The notes under the pieces: model-generated
Databases searched by the model: none
The model's input: only the letters and a program-made list of their open reading frames with translations
Told to the model about the DNA's origin: nothing
Shown here: positions 7,574 through 16,710 of the stretch, one piece after another
Position numbering within the stretch: position 1 is the first letter of the stretch
Layout: each line of letters opens with the position of its first letter
Made by a program: the position numbers and the translations under genes
Origin: an uncultured Acidobacteriota bacterium
GTDB taxonomy: Bacteria > Acidobacteriota > Thermoanaerobaculia > Multivoradales > JAHEKO01
Direction of reading: 5' to 3'
NCBI GenBank assembly: GCA_963713825.1
Contig: CAVQNG010000003.1
Span: 1,760,001-1,824,000, forward strand
DNA: 64,000 nucleotides

Positions 7574-9016
7574 ATGCTAATTCGCCTTCTTCTTCTCGTC
7601 GAAACGAGCGACCTGCGCGGTCGCCTCGCAGAGTCCTTGGCTGAGCTTGGAGCGCTGGTGTTCGTCGAGTCCGAACCCGACAGGCTCTGGGGTCGCCTCG
7701 GGGAAGATTCCTTCGATCTCGTGGTAGCCACCCGGTCGATGCTTCCTACCGATGTCGAAAGATCGATCGAAGAGATTCGCGAGCTGCCGTACCGGCCGGA
7801 GGTGATCGTCTTGGCGGATCTCGCCGAGGCGGAAGAGCGGACAGCCCTCCAGAAGGGCGGCGCTTTTGCCGTGATCGACAAGACGCTGTCGCCGGAGCCT
7901 CTGATCCAGACCCTCCGCACGGTTCTATTGCGTTTTCAAGAGCTCGGTGTCAGTCGATTGAGAGAGTCTCGTTCGCAGCGCTCGAGACTCGATGACTTCG
8001 CCTCCGAGAGCCCAGCCATGCGGCGACTCCTCGAGCTTGCTCGGCGTGTCTCCAATACCGACACATCGTTGTTGGTTCTCGGGGAAACGGGTGTCGGCAA
8101 GGAATGGTTGGCGCGGGCGATCCACTCGGAAGGTGCCCGCAGCGCTTTGCCCTTCATTGCGGTCAACTGCGCTGCAGTACCGGAGACCCTTTTGGAGAGC
8201 GAGCTTTTCGGGCACGAGAGGGGGGCCTTCACCGGCGCTGTCCGCGCCCGCCGAGGTTGCTTCGAGCTCGCTCATCGCGGCACCCTGTTCCTGGACGAGA
8301 TCGGTGACATTCCGGTCCATCTTCAGGCCAAGCTGCTACGGGCCCTTCAGGAGAGAGAGATCCAGCGCCTGGGTGCGGAGAGCTCGATGCGGGTGGACGT
8401 TCGGGTTATCGCGGCCACGAACCAGAATCTGGAACTGGCGATCGAAGATGGGCTGTTCCGGCCGGATCTCTTCTACCGGCTGAGCGTGGTGACCCTGACC
8501 ATACCTCCACTTCGAGAAAGACGAGAGGACATTGTGCCACTGATCGAGAACTACCTGGAGGATTTCCGTCAGCAGATGGGTCGCTTGGACATCGAGGGGA
8601 TCGAAGAGTCAGCGCTCGAAGCCATGTGCAACTACGAATGGCCGGGCAATGTCCGCGAGCTCATCAACGTCGTGGAGCGGGCCACGTTGCTGTGTGATGG
8701 AGAGGTGATCACGGACGAGCACCTTCCTGATGCCATAGCCGGCGGTTTGCACCCCTACCTGCAGACGGAGGGTTCCGGCGATCCGTCCTCTGCCTTCGAG
8801 CCTCTTCTGGGCGGGGCCTTGGCGGCAGGCAGGAACCAACTGGTGGAGTCGTTCGAGCGAGAGTATCTCTCGAGGCTACTCGAACGGACTTCCGGCAACA
8901 TCGCGGAAACGGCTCGTACCGCAGGCATCGATCCACGCACCCTCTACAACAAGATGAAGGCCTACGATCTGCGCAAGGAAGACTTCCGAGCGTCGCCGCG
9001 TCGGCCTCGACAGTAG
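7574..9016 (+). CDS. Sigma54-dependent enhancer-binding protein (NtrC/Fis family) with degenerate receiver domain
   Basis: Walker A GETGVGKE, ESELFGHERGAFTGA, LFLDEIG, WPGNVREL and a C-terminal Fis HTH. RBS GGAGG before ATG 7574. Confidence 0.95.
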   Translation: MLIRLLLLVETSDLRGRLAESLAELGALVFVESEPDRLWGRLGEDSFDLVVATRSMLPTDVERSIEEIRELPYRPEVIVLADLAEAEERTALQKGGAFAVIDKTLSPEPLIQTLRTVLLRFQELGVSRLRESRSQRSRLDDFASESPAMRRLLELARRVSNTDTSLLVLGETGVGKEWLARAIHSEGARSALPFIAVNCAAVPETLLESELFGHERGAFTGAVRARRGCFELAHRGTLFLDEIGDIPVHLQAKLLRALQEREIQRLGAESSMRVDVRVIAATNQNLELAIEDGLFRPDLFYRLSVVTLTIPPLRERREDIVPLIENYLEDFRQQMGRLDIEGIEESALEAMCNYEWPGNVRELINVVERATLLCDGEVITDEHLPDAIAGGLHPYLQTEGSGDPSSAFEPLLGGALAAGRNQLVESFEREYLSRLLERTSGNIAETARTAGIDPRTLYNKMKAYDLRKEDFRASPRRPRQ

Positions 9017-9031
9017 TCCGGTCTGCCCTTG

Positions 9032-10102
9032 CTACGGTTCGACGACGAGAACGCTCGACGCCAGATCTTCGGACACCCGATCCTCGAGGCCGACGGCCTC
9101 GGAGCGCAGCCGTAGCAACTGGGAAGGCTTGACTCCCTTGGGCAACTTGCCGAGATTGCAGACCGGCTCACCCGGACTGATCGCGGGTAGCGTCGTCATG
9201 CCGATGACGGCAGCATTGAAAGGGGCGGTCAGAAAGCTGCGCTCGCGTCCGAGCAGGGTCGTATTCGTCGCAATCGGGTCGTCCTTGTCGATGATGTCTC
9301 CTGGATGGACATGGAACCGAAGAAATCCGCCCAGCTCAGCGCGAATCCACTTCGACTTCTCGATGACGAGCTGATATTTGGGGCGTTCCAGGTCACCGTC
9401 GAGCATGTCGAGGCTGCGAAGAACGTTCTTGATTCCCCGCTCCGCGGATTCGACGATGGCGGGCTCGACCTTCCAGACCTCGCCGCCTTCCATGATGATG
9501 GTCGGGCAACCGGCTCGACAGGCAGCACGGCGAAAGGCACCCTTGGGGCCGATTCCGTTCATGATGATCTCCGATCCGAACGCCTCCGCGAGCCGTCGCA
9601 CCTCAGGGTCGCTCATATCGGCGCGCACATTTGGATAGTTCGTGCGACGAACGGCCGCGGTATGCAGGTCGATGCCATAGTCGCACCGCATTACGATCTC
9701 ATCGAAGATCGCGTGTGCCATCCGGCTGGCGAGACTTCCTGTCGAGGATCCAGGAAACGACCGGTTCAGGTCGCGCCGATCCGGCAGATAGCGGGAATGC
9801 CGTTCAAAGGCGGGGAGGTTGAGCACGGGCACGAGAATGACTGCACCACGTCGTAGCTGGAATTCTTCGTCCTTGATCAAGTGACGAACCGCTCCTGTTC
9901 CATTGATCTCGTCCCCGTGAAGAGCGGCCGTGACGAAAACGACCGGACCGTCCTCGGTTGCGCGGCGAATGTGAATTGGAATTTGTACCGTCATGCTGCT
10001 GTAGCTTTCGCCCACAGCGAGATAGACGTCGCGTGACTCACCCGCCGCAATGGCCATGCCGTTCCACTCGTCGATCGGCTTTCGTTGGCGAGGCTCGGTC
10101 AT
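9032..10102 (-). CDS. Succinylglutamate desuccinylase/aspartoacylase (M14-like) family protein
   Basis: HGDEING, RDLNRSFPG, IDLHT and MEGGE motifs; usual partner of rimK. Confidence 0.92.
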   Translation of the reverse strand: MTEPRQRKPIDEWNGMAIAAGESRDVYLAVGESYSSMTVQIPIHIRRATEDGPVVFVTAALHGDEINGTGAVRHLIKDEEFQLRRGAVILVPVLNLPAFERHSRYLPDRRDLNRSFPGSSTGSLASRMAHAIFDEIVMRCDYGIDLHTAAVRRTNYPNVRADMSDPEVRRLAEAFGSEIIMNGIGPKGAFRRAACRAGCPTIIMEGGEVWKVEPAIVESAERGIKNVLRSLDMLDGDLERPKYQLVIEKSKWIRAELGGFLRFHVHPGDIIDKDDPIATNTTLLGRERSFLTAPFNAAVIGMTTLPAISPGEPVCNLGKLPKGVKPSQLLRLRSEAVGLEDRVSEDLASSVLVVEP

Positions 10103-10109
10103 GGCTGTC

Positions 10110-11360
10110 TCAGCCCGCTACCGGTGTGTCTGAATCGTCAGGCGATGGGCTCGGGGTGGTCAGGACCTCATCGGCTACCGGCAGGTCGGGTAGTTCCTGG
10201 GTCTTGGGGCGTCGACTGCGGCGCACCTTGGCCGGAATCAGCCCCCGCATCAGGTCGAGCTTGCCGAAGCAGAGCAGCCGATCGCCAGCTTCCAGCAGCC
10301 GATGCGATCGCGGATTCGGAATGACGGTCGTGCCACGGTAGAGCGTCAGCACGTTGATGTCCCTATCGCGCAAACCCGACTCGTTGATCGCCTTACCGAC
10401 GTACTCCGAACCTTCTGGAATATGAATCTCGGTAACACCATAGCCCCGACTCACGGTCAGGCGCTGGCGCAGGTCGATCTCCGGAAAGTCGACTTGAGCG
10501 GCAATGTAGTCGATGATCGCCCCGGCCACATCGAGCTGTGTGGCCCCCTCGATGCCTTCCAGACCGGGCGAGGAATTCACTTCCATGATCTGAGGTCCAT
10601 CGCGGCCCTCGAGCATGTCCACGCCAGCAACTCGTAGCCCCATGATCTGGGCGGCTCTCACGGCGGTCTCACTGTAGGTCGGATCGAGAGTGAGGGGTTC
10701 GGTTCGACCGCCACGATGGACATTGCTGCGGAACTCCTGACCCTGTGCGACCCGGCGCATGGCGGCAACCACCTGGTCGCCCACAACAAAGGCCCGGATG
10801 TCCCGACCCTTGCTCTCGGCGACGAACTTCTGGATCAGCACGTTCTGCTTTTGGAGTTGGAGCAGCTCGATAATCGCTTCAGCCGAGCTGGCGGACTCGG
10901 CGAGCAGCACGCCGATGCCCTGCGTGCCTTCCAGCAGCTTGATGACGACCGGCGCCCCTCCCACTCTGTCGATTGCCGGCAATACATCTCTCTTGTCGCG
11001 AACGAAGGTCGTCTCCGGGATACCGATCTGATGTCGGCTCAGGATCTGCAAACTGCGGAGCTTGTCTCGAGAGTTGGTGATGCCCGCCGACGAGTTAGCG
11101 CAAAAGACATCCATCTGCTCGAACTGTCGCACCACTGCTGTTCCGAAGTAGGTGATGGACGCGCCGATTCGCGGCAGCACTGCATCATATTGAGACAGAT
11201 GCTTTTGCCGGAAAAAAAGGTCCGGAGCGCCTGCCCGCAAGTCAATCGCGAACTTCAAGGTGTCGAGGACCTTGATCTGGTGCCCTCGTTGCTCCGCCGC
11301 CTCGCGGAGTCGTCGTGTGCTGTAGCAGCGTGGGCTGCACGACAGGATTCCAAGTTTCAT
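10110..11360 (-). CDS. rimK: RimK-family ATP-grasp alpha-L-glutamate ligase with C-terminal TrkA-C (RCK_C) domain
   Basis: YSTRRLREAA, DAVLPRIGASIT, RDKLRSLQ, KLLEGTQGIGV, FRSNVHRGG and EVNSSPGLEG, followed by EIHIPEGSEYVGKAINESGLRDRDINVLTLYRG...LEAGDRLLCFG. Confidence 0.95.
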   Translation of the reverse strand: MKLGILSCSPRCYSTRRLREAAEQRGHQIKVLDTLKFAIDLRAGAPDLFFRQKHLSQYDAVLPRIGASITYFGTAVVRQFEQMDVFCANSSAGITNSRDKLRSLQILSRHQIGIPETTFVRDKRDVLPAIDRVGGAPVVIKLLEGTQGIGVLLAESASSAEAIIELLQLQKQNVLIQKFVAESKGRDIRAFVVGDQVVAAMRRVAQGQEFRSNVHRGGRTEPLTLDPTYSETAVRAAQIMGLRVAGVDMLEGRDGPQIMEVNSSPGLEGIEGATQLDVAGAIIDYIAAQVDFPEIDLRQRLTVSRGYGVTEIHIPEGSEYVGKAINESGLRDRDINVLTLYRGTTVIPNPRSHRLLEAGDRLLCFGKLDLMRGLIPAKVRRSRRPKTQELPDLPVADEVLTTPSPSPDDSDTPVAG

Positions 11361-11383
11361 GGGTAGTCCATATCTTGAGAGAT

Positions 11384-11875
11384 TTAGCTGCGGTGCCGAC
11401 CCGCAAGCCTGGATTTCGACTTCTTTCGTTTCGGTTTGCCGCCGTAGTAGGAGTTCCCACCGTCGACGAGAAAGCGCCGCCGGAAGGCCTGGCGACCCAG
11501 CAACATGCGGAAGCCCATGGCATCTCGATTGGCAAGAGTCAGCTCGACCGGCCAGGTAGACCCGAGCAGCGTGATGTTGGTGACGATGACCGGCCGCAGC
11601 GTAGCTTTGCCACTCGAGCTGCGGACCGAGCGGAAGTCCAGGACCGCTGCCTCCGCCCGCACCTCCTGGACCGTGCTTCGCTGGATGGGATGAACCTTGA
11701 AACGCACCCAGTTGGCTCCCCTTCGGTCGCAGTACTGCAGATCGTAGGCATGTAGCGATGACGAGCGAGCGCCAGTGTCGACCTTCGCCTTGATCCTCTC
11801 GATTCCCATGTCAGGTAGCCGGACCCATTCACGCCAGCCGACGATCAGCCTGTCTGACCTTGCATCCTTCGCCAT
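11384..11875 (-). CDS. RimB-like retropepsin-fold protease ('ATP-dependent zinc protease' family)
   Basis: VGWREWV, KAKVDTGARSSSLHA and MGFRMLLGR; directly upstream of rimK. Confidence 0.92.
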   Translation of the reverse strand: MAKDARSDRLIVGWREWVRLPDMGIERIKAKVDTGARSSSLHAYDLQYCDRRGANWVRFKVHPIQRSTVQEVRAEAAVLDFRSVRSSSGKATLRPVIVTNITLLGSTWPVELTLANRDAMGFRMLLGRQAFRRRFLVDGGNSYYGGKPKRKKSKSRLAGRHRS

Positions 11876-11980
11876 ATCTCTGCTCTCGATCGCGGCTCCT
11901 GCCGCGCAGGGCTCCTAGCTTACACGTGATGGTCCACACGCTGTCCGGGACCATTTCTACCCTCGGCCCCAGAGCCTTGC

Positions 11981-12904
11981 TTACTCTTCCAGTCTTGCGA
12001 GGAACTCGAGAATGCTCGAGGTGAAGGCCTCTGTCCCATCCACAAAGAGCCAGTGGCCAGATCCTTCCACTGTCACGAGTTCTGAGCCGAACATGCTCTC
12101 GTGGATCCTTTCGGCGTATTCGACCGGCATTGGGTCGGCCTCACCGTGGATGATCAGGGTCGGGCAGTGGATGGCCTGGAGGTCGTCGTGCAGGTCGAAC
12201 TCTCCGACAGAATGGAGCATCAGCTCTGCCACCGTGTTGCTGTGTTGGATGGTGTTCTCGGTAAACGTCAGGTCCATCTTGGAGACGAGGGATTGGTCTG
12301 CGAAATAGGGTTTGAAGAACACTCGCCAGAACCTCTCGACCGCTTGGGGATCGCCAGCTTGATAGTCGTCCGAGGAGTAGATCTCCTCGAGCAGAGCGGC
12401 GTCTTCCGGGAGGCGATCGGCCTGGTATCGGGCACGCATCTCGTCGAAGCTCTCGTGTGAGGCGGCCGTCGAGGCGAGAACTAGGGATCTCAGGTTGTCT
12501 GGGTGGCGAATGCCGTAGTGCATCGCCAGGATCCCACCCCAGGAATGCCCTAATAGGTTCATCTTCTCGATACCGAACGCTTCCCGAACTGCTTCGATGT
12601 CGGCGATGAAGGTGTCGATGGAAATCGATTCAGCGTTGACAGGGCCGGAAGAGAGGCCGGTGCCACGCTGGTCGTAGAGGATGACTTTGTGCTGCTCCGC
12701 AAGCTCCCAAATGTAGGGTAAGAACTGGCGGTGATCGAATCCGGGTCCTCCATGGAGAACGACGAGTGGCTCCCCGGATCCCATGGTCTTGAAGAACAGC
12801 GACGTTCCATTGACCTCCAGGAAGCCTTCCTCGATGATTGGCGCGCCGGCGCAGGGTACAGATGCGAATGCGACGAGAAACACGATCAGCGTGAGTTGTT
12901 TCAC
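11981..12904 (-). CDS. Secreted alpha/beta hydrolase, proline iminopeptidase-like
   Basis: Signal peptide; LHGGPG, YDQRGTGLS, GHSWGG nucleophile elbow and GSGH; GGAGG before the GTG start. Confidence 0.9.
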   Translation of the reverse strand: MKQLTLIVFLVAFASVPCAGAPIIEEGFLEVNGTSLFFKTMGSGEPLVVLHGGPGFDHRQFLPYIWELAEQHKVILYDQRGTGLSSGPVNAESISIDTFIADIEAVREAFGIEKMNLLGHSWGGILAMHYGIRHPDNLRSLVLASTAASHESFDEMRARYQADRLPEDAALLEEIYSSDDYQAGDPQAVERFWRVFFKPYFADQSLVSKMDLTFTENTIQHSNTVAELMLHSVGEFDLHDDLQAIHCPTLIIHGEADPMPVEYAERIHESMFGSELVTVEGSGHWLFVDGTEAFTSSILEFLARLEE

Positions 12905-13105
12905 CTTGGCCTCCAGGCGCTCGCTCTCGGAACTGGTAATCGAGGGCGGATGGCCTCACCAGATGGGTACGGATCTGCTCGCTGCACGTTTCAGAATCGA
13001 GGCCTCCCCCGGACGAACTGTTACACCGCAGAATCTTGAATCGCGTCAGCGACAGGAGTAGCGTGGCGGTGAGGCCACGACTTTTCGGTCCAAAAGGAGG
13101 AGCGG

Positions 13106-13714
13106 GTGAAGAAGGTCCGCTCGGTGAGGCCGACGATTTTCCTTGTGGTGTTGGCCCTCGTGTCGGCATCGTGCGCGACGTCCGATCCGTATCCCGAGGA
13201 TTGGTCACCGATCATCACAGCCGAGAAGGGCGACTGTTCCGCATTCATCGGCACCTTCGACAATGGCTATTCGGCGTCGAGCCATGATGCGATTCCGATG
13301 ATAGGTGGCCTGATCGCACTGTTGATCGGAACGGCGAAGCCAGCCGGGACCTCAGGTGCCAAACCCGTCACTCGCGTAACGATCGAACGCCCTTTGCCCG
13401 ATCTTCTGGTGGTGAGCGGCCTCAACTACAGTGAGCCCGTCCGTCAAGGAGAGCGTCGTACCTCTCGCACATCCTGCTCTGAGAAGGGTCTGTCCATCGC
13501 GGGGAAATTCAGCGGCACGAACGCTGAGAATGTCGTCGGATTCGTCTCCGCTAGCGGTCATCTGCAGAGAGCAGCGAACGGTGATCTGGTAGGGCGGATC
13601 CGATCGACGTTCACCGGGATCGCACTTCTCGTACCCATGACGTCTTCGGCCACCAGCTGGTACAGATTCCGTCAGATCGAGCCTGAGCCGACACCTGACG
13701 ACCCGGTGCAGTAG
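13106..13714 (+). CDS. Hypothetical lipoprotein
   Basis: AAGGAGG RBS, GTG start, basic N-region, hydrophobic stretch and lipobox-like VSASC. Confidence 0.65.
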   Translation: MKKVRSVRPTIFLVVLALVSASCATSDPYPEDWSPIITAEKGDCSAFIGTFDNGYSASSHDAIPMIGGLIALLIGTAKPAGTSGAKPVTRVTIERPLPDLLVVSGLNYSEPVRQGERRTSRTSCSEKGLSIAGKFSGTNAENVVGFVSASGHLQRAANGDLVGRIRSTFTGIALLVPMTSSATSWYRFRQIEPEPTPDDPVQ

Positions 13715-13794
13715 AATCGCCCCACTCATCGCTCTGAATGTAGGGCTGGCACCTGGGGGAGCAGGGTTGAATTGCCTTGTCCGGTATGACCCTC

Positions 13795-13824
13795 TCCAGG
13801 ACCCAGGACCCAGGACCCAAGGAC
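13795..13824 (+). repeat. Heptamer tandem repeat (CCCAGGA)n upstream of kinase
   Basis: tccagga cccagga cccagga cccaagga c. Confidence 0.8.
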
Positions 13825-13830
13825 TTGTTC

Positions 13831-16587
13831 ATGATTGGATCGACACTCTCCCATTTCAAGATCACAGACAAGCTGGGTGAAGGTGGCATGGGCGAGGTCT
13901 ATCTCGCCGAAGACACCAAGCTCGGTCGCGAGGTTGCCATCAAGGTCCTGCCCGAGGCCGTGGCCGCCGATCCCGAGCGCCTGGCCCGCTTCGAGCGCGA
14001 AGCCAAGGTCCTGGCGTCACTCAACCACTCCAATATCGCCGGCATTTTCTCCTTCGAACATGCCGAACGGGAGGGCCCAGGACCCGAGCCCCAAGCCCCA
14101 GGACCCCAAGACCCCACGACCTCGAGACCTTCCATTCACTTCCTCGTCATGGAACTGGCCTCCGGCGAGGACCTGTCTCAGCGATTGGCCCGCGGCGCGA
14201 TGTCAGTCGACGAGGCCGTGCCCATCGCTCGGCAGATCGCCGAGGCGCTGGAAGCGGCACACGAGCAGGGCATCATCCACCGAGACTTGAAGCCCGGCAA
14301 TATCAAGGTCACACCCGAGGGGCAGGTCAAGGTCCTCGACTTCGGGCTCGCCAAAGCGCTCGAGTCTCAGAACGCAGGTTCCGAAAGGCAGAACCTGTCC
14401 ATGTCTCCCACGCTCACAGCTCAGATGACCACCGCTGGAATGCTCTTGGGCACGGCGGCGTACATGAGCCCGGAGCAGGCCAAGGGGCTCGAGGCCGACC
14501 GCCGAGCAGACGTCTGGGCCTTCGGCGTGGTCTTCTGGGAGATGCTGACCGGCCAGCGCCTCTTCCAAGGCGACTCGGTGTCCGACACACTGGCGGCTGT
14601 TCTCCGGGACGAGATCGATGGTGAATCTCTGCCAGAGAACGTGCCACCGACGACCAGGGCACTGCTGGCTCGTTGCCTCGATCGGGACCCCAGGTCTCGC
14701 CTGCGAGACATCGGTGAGGCCCGGGTAGCGTTGGCGACGCTCGAGTCGGGCGGCGAAACGTCGACGCTGTTGAGCTCCTTCGGAGCCATTGCACCTCGGG
14801 AAGCAGTGGCGGCACCTTCTTCGAAGCTACCCTGGATGGTTGCCGGACTGGCGATCCTGGCTGCCGTTGCGCTTGGAGCGATGTGGCTGGGAAGGAAGGA
14901 CACGCCAAGACCTCTGGTCCAGAGTGCGATCCTGGCGCCTGAAGGCACGACCCTCGATGTTGGCAACGGGCTGGCACTATCCCCGGACGGCACCGAGTTG
15001 GCCCTCATCGCAGTGGGCGAGGATGGAGTTCGCCACTTGTGGGTTCGTCCGTTGGCGAGTTCGACGCCCAGGCTCCTGGAGGGGACGGATGGAGCCATGT
15101 ATCCGTTCTGGTCGCCCGATGCCCGGAATCTCGGCTTCATAGGTGAGGGAAATCTGAAGCGGATCGCAGCTAACGGAGGCCCCGTCCAGACTCTGGCACC
15201 GGTCAAGGAAGGCCGGGGTGGAGTCTGGAGCCCAGACGGGAAGATCATCTACGCGCCTGATTTTCGGGGTGGACTCTCGGTTGTACCTGCCGCGGGCGGT
15301 GAGTCGGTGGAGTTGACCGAGGTCGACATGGAGCGAGGCGAGACCGCCCATCGATTCCCAGTCTTGCTTCCCGATGGCGAGCACGTGCTGTTCCTGTCCC
15401 AAACGGCCGAGGGCGGAAGTCGTTTCGACGACAGCCGGATCGAAGTCGTTTCCATCGAGACAGGCGAGCGAAGACCTGTGTTGGACGCGAATTCGTCGGT
15501 GACCTACTCCTCCTCTGGTCACTTGCTGTTCTGGAGAGATGGCAGCCTCATGGTCGTGGCGTTCGACGCCGGTTCGGCCAGTGTCGAGGGGGATCCAGTA
15601 CCCGTGGCGGAAGACATCGCCTACACGGGCAATGAGTATGCGGTGTTTTCGATCTCGCAGACGGATCATCTCGTTTACTGGGCTGGGGCCAGCACGGGGG
15701 CACAGACTAGGCTCTACGTCATGGATAGGGAGGGTAATCAGATCGGTGATCCATCCCCTCCTGACCTCCACGGTCAGGTGGCGGTCAGTCACGACGGCAG
15801 GCGAGCCGCCTATAGGGGTGCCGATAATACGACCCTGTGGATTCGTGACCTGTCGAGAGGAACGTCGACGCGATTCACCTTCGAGGATGGCGATCACTTT
15901 TCGCCGCTCTGGTCGCCCGATGACAAATCGATCGTCTACACGACGAACCGGAGTGGAATTCACCAGGTCTTTCGCAAGCTCTCCTCGGGTCTCGGTGGCG
16001 AGGAGTTGATCGTCGAGCTGGAGGAGGAGAACTCCCCCGATCTGGCAGACCTGGCGACTTGGGACTGGTCAAAGGATGGTCGCTATCTGAGCATGGATAT
16101 CCAGAACCGGGACACCGATGTCGATATCTCGCTCTTCGACCTCCAGGAACAGAAGCTGACGACCCTGATTCAGAGCCCGTTCTTCGAGTCCCAGGGTCAC
16201 TTCTCGCCCGAAGGTGGGTGGCTCGCCTATTCCTCCGGAGAATCCGGGCAGTTTCAGGTTTTCATCGTTCCTCTGTCCGGACAGGGGGGCAAGTTCCAGG
16301 TCTCCACCGATGGAGGACTGCACCCGCAGTGGCATCCGAGTGGCAGGTCACTCTTCTTTCTGAGCCCCCAGATCGAGCTGATGGAAGTCGAGTTGGAGCT
16401 CGGCGAGGAAGTCGAGATCGGTTTGCCAAAGAGTCTGTTCCGCATTCGGCATCCGTTCAATAGCGATGCTCCCTACCAGGTGATGCCCGACGGTGAGACC
16501 TTCCTGGTCAATCAGTTCGACGAAGCAGGGGCGGCCGCGCCGATGACCCTGGTGCAGAAGTGGACCGCGCTCCTGCAGGACGAGTAG
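13831..16587 (+). CDS. Hanks-type Ser/Thr kinase with TM helix and TolB/PD40 beta-propeller
   Basis: GEGGMGEV, VAIK, HRDLKPGN, DFG and YMSPEQ; TM helix; repeated WSPDG-type motifs. Start MIGSTLSHF chosen by analogy with the paralogues in this window. Confidence 0.95.
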   Translation: MIGSTLSHFKITDKLGEGGMGEVYLAEDTKLGREVAIKVLPEAVAADPERLARFEREAKVLASLNHSNIAGIFSFEHAEREGPGPEPQAPGPQDPTTSRPSIHFLVMELASGEDLSQRLARGAMSVDEAVPIARQIAEALEAAHEQGIIHRDLKPGNIKVTPEGQVKVLDFGLAKALESQNAGSERQNLSMSPTLTAQMTTAGMLLGTAAYMSPEQAKGLEADRRADVWAFGVVFWEMLTGQRLFQGDSVSDTLAAVLRDEIDGESLPENVPPTTRALLARCLDRDPRSRLRDIGEARVALATLESGGETSTLLSSFGAIAPREAVAAPSSKLPWMVAGLAILAAVALGAMWLGRKDTPRPLVQSAILAPEGTTLDVGNGLALSPDGTELALIAVGEDGVRHLWVRPLASSTPRLLEGTDGAMYPFWSPDARNLGFIGEGNLKRIAANGGPVQTLAPVKEGRGGVWSPDGKIIYAPDFRGGLSVVPAAGGESVELTEVDMERGETAHRFPVLLPDGEHVLFLSQTAEGGSRFDDSRIEVVSIETGERRPVLDANSSVTYSSSGHLLFWRDGSLMVVAFDAGSASVEGDPVPVAEDIAYTGNEYAVFSISQTDHLVYWAGASTGAQTRLYVMDREGNQIGDPSPPDLHGQVAVSHDGRRAAYRGADNTTLWIRDLSRGTSTRFTFEDGDHFSPLWSPDDKSIVYTTNRSGIHQVFRKLSSGLGGEELIVELEEENSPDLADLATWDWSKDGRYLSMDIQNRDTDVDISLFDLQEQKLTTLIQSPFFESQGHFSPEGGWLAYSSGESGQFQVFIVPLSGQGGKFQVSTDGGLHPQWHPSGRSLFFLSPQIELMEVELELGEEVEIGLPKSLFRIRHPFNSDAPYQVMPDGETFLVNQFDEAGAAAPMTLVQKWTALLQDE
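14074..14132 (+). repeat. In-frame 7/8-mer tandem repeat inside the kinase N-lobe
   Basis: cccagga cccgagc cccaagc cccagga ccccaaga ccccacga cctcgaga, encoding GPGPEPQAPGPQDPTTSRP. Confidence 0.8.
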
Positions 16588-16609
16588 GTCAACGTCGGTG
16601 CGTCGACCG

Positions 16610-16630
16610 TCCTGGGGCTTGGGTCCTGGG
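16610..16630 (-). repeat. Heptamer tandem repeat, inverted, downstream of kinase
   Basis: Reverse complement reads cccagga cccaagc cccagga. Confidence 0.75.
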
Positions 16631-16633
16631 CGC

Positions 16634-16663
16634 TGAAGCGGCCGCCGCCTCTGGCGGCCGGAG
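16634..16663 (+). repeat. REP-like palindrome, family A copy 1
   Basis: TGAAGC GGCCGCC GCCTCT GGCGGCC GGAG. Confidence 0.65.
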
Positions 16664-16710
16664 TGAGGTAAGGTTCTGAGCTACCGATTCCCCTCCTCGA
16701 GGATCTTCCA

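Noticed and set aside
13795-14132. Possible CRISPR array or other spaced repeat
   Set aside because: Units are 7-8 nt and contiguous, with no spacers and no cas genes; I found no CRISPR-like array anywhere in the window.
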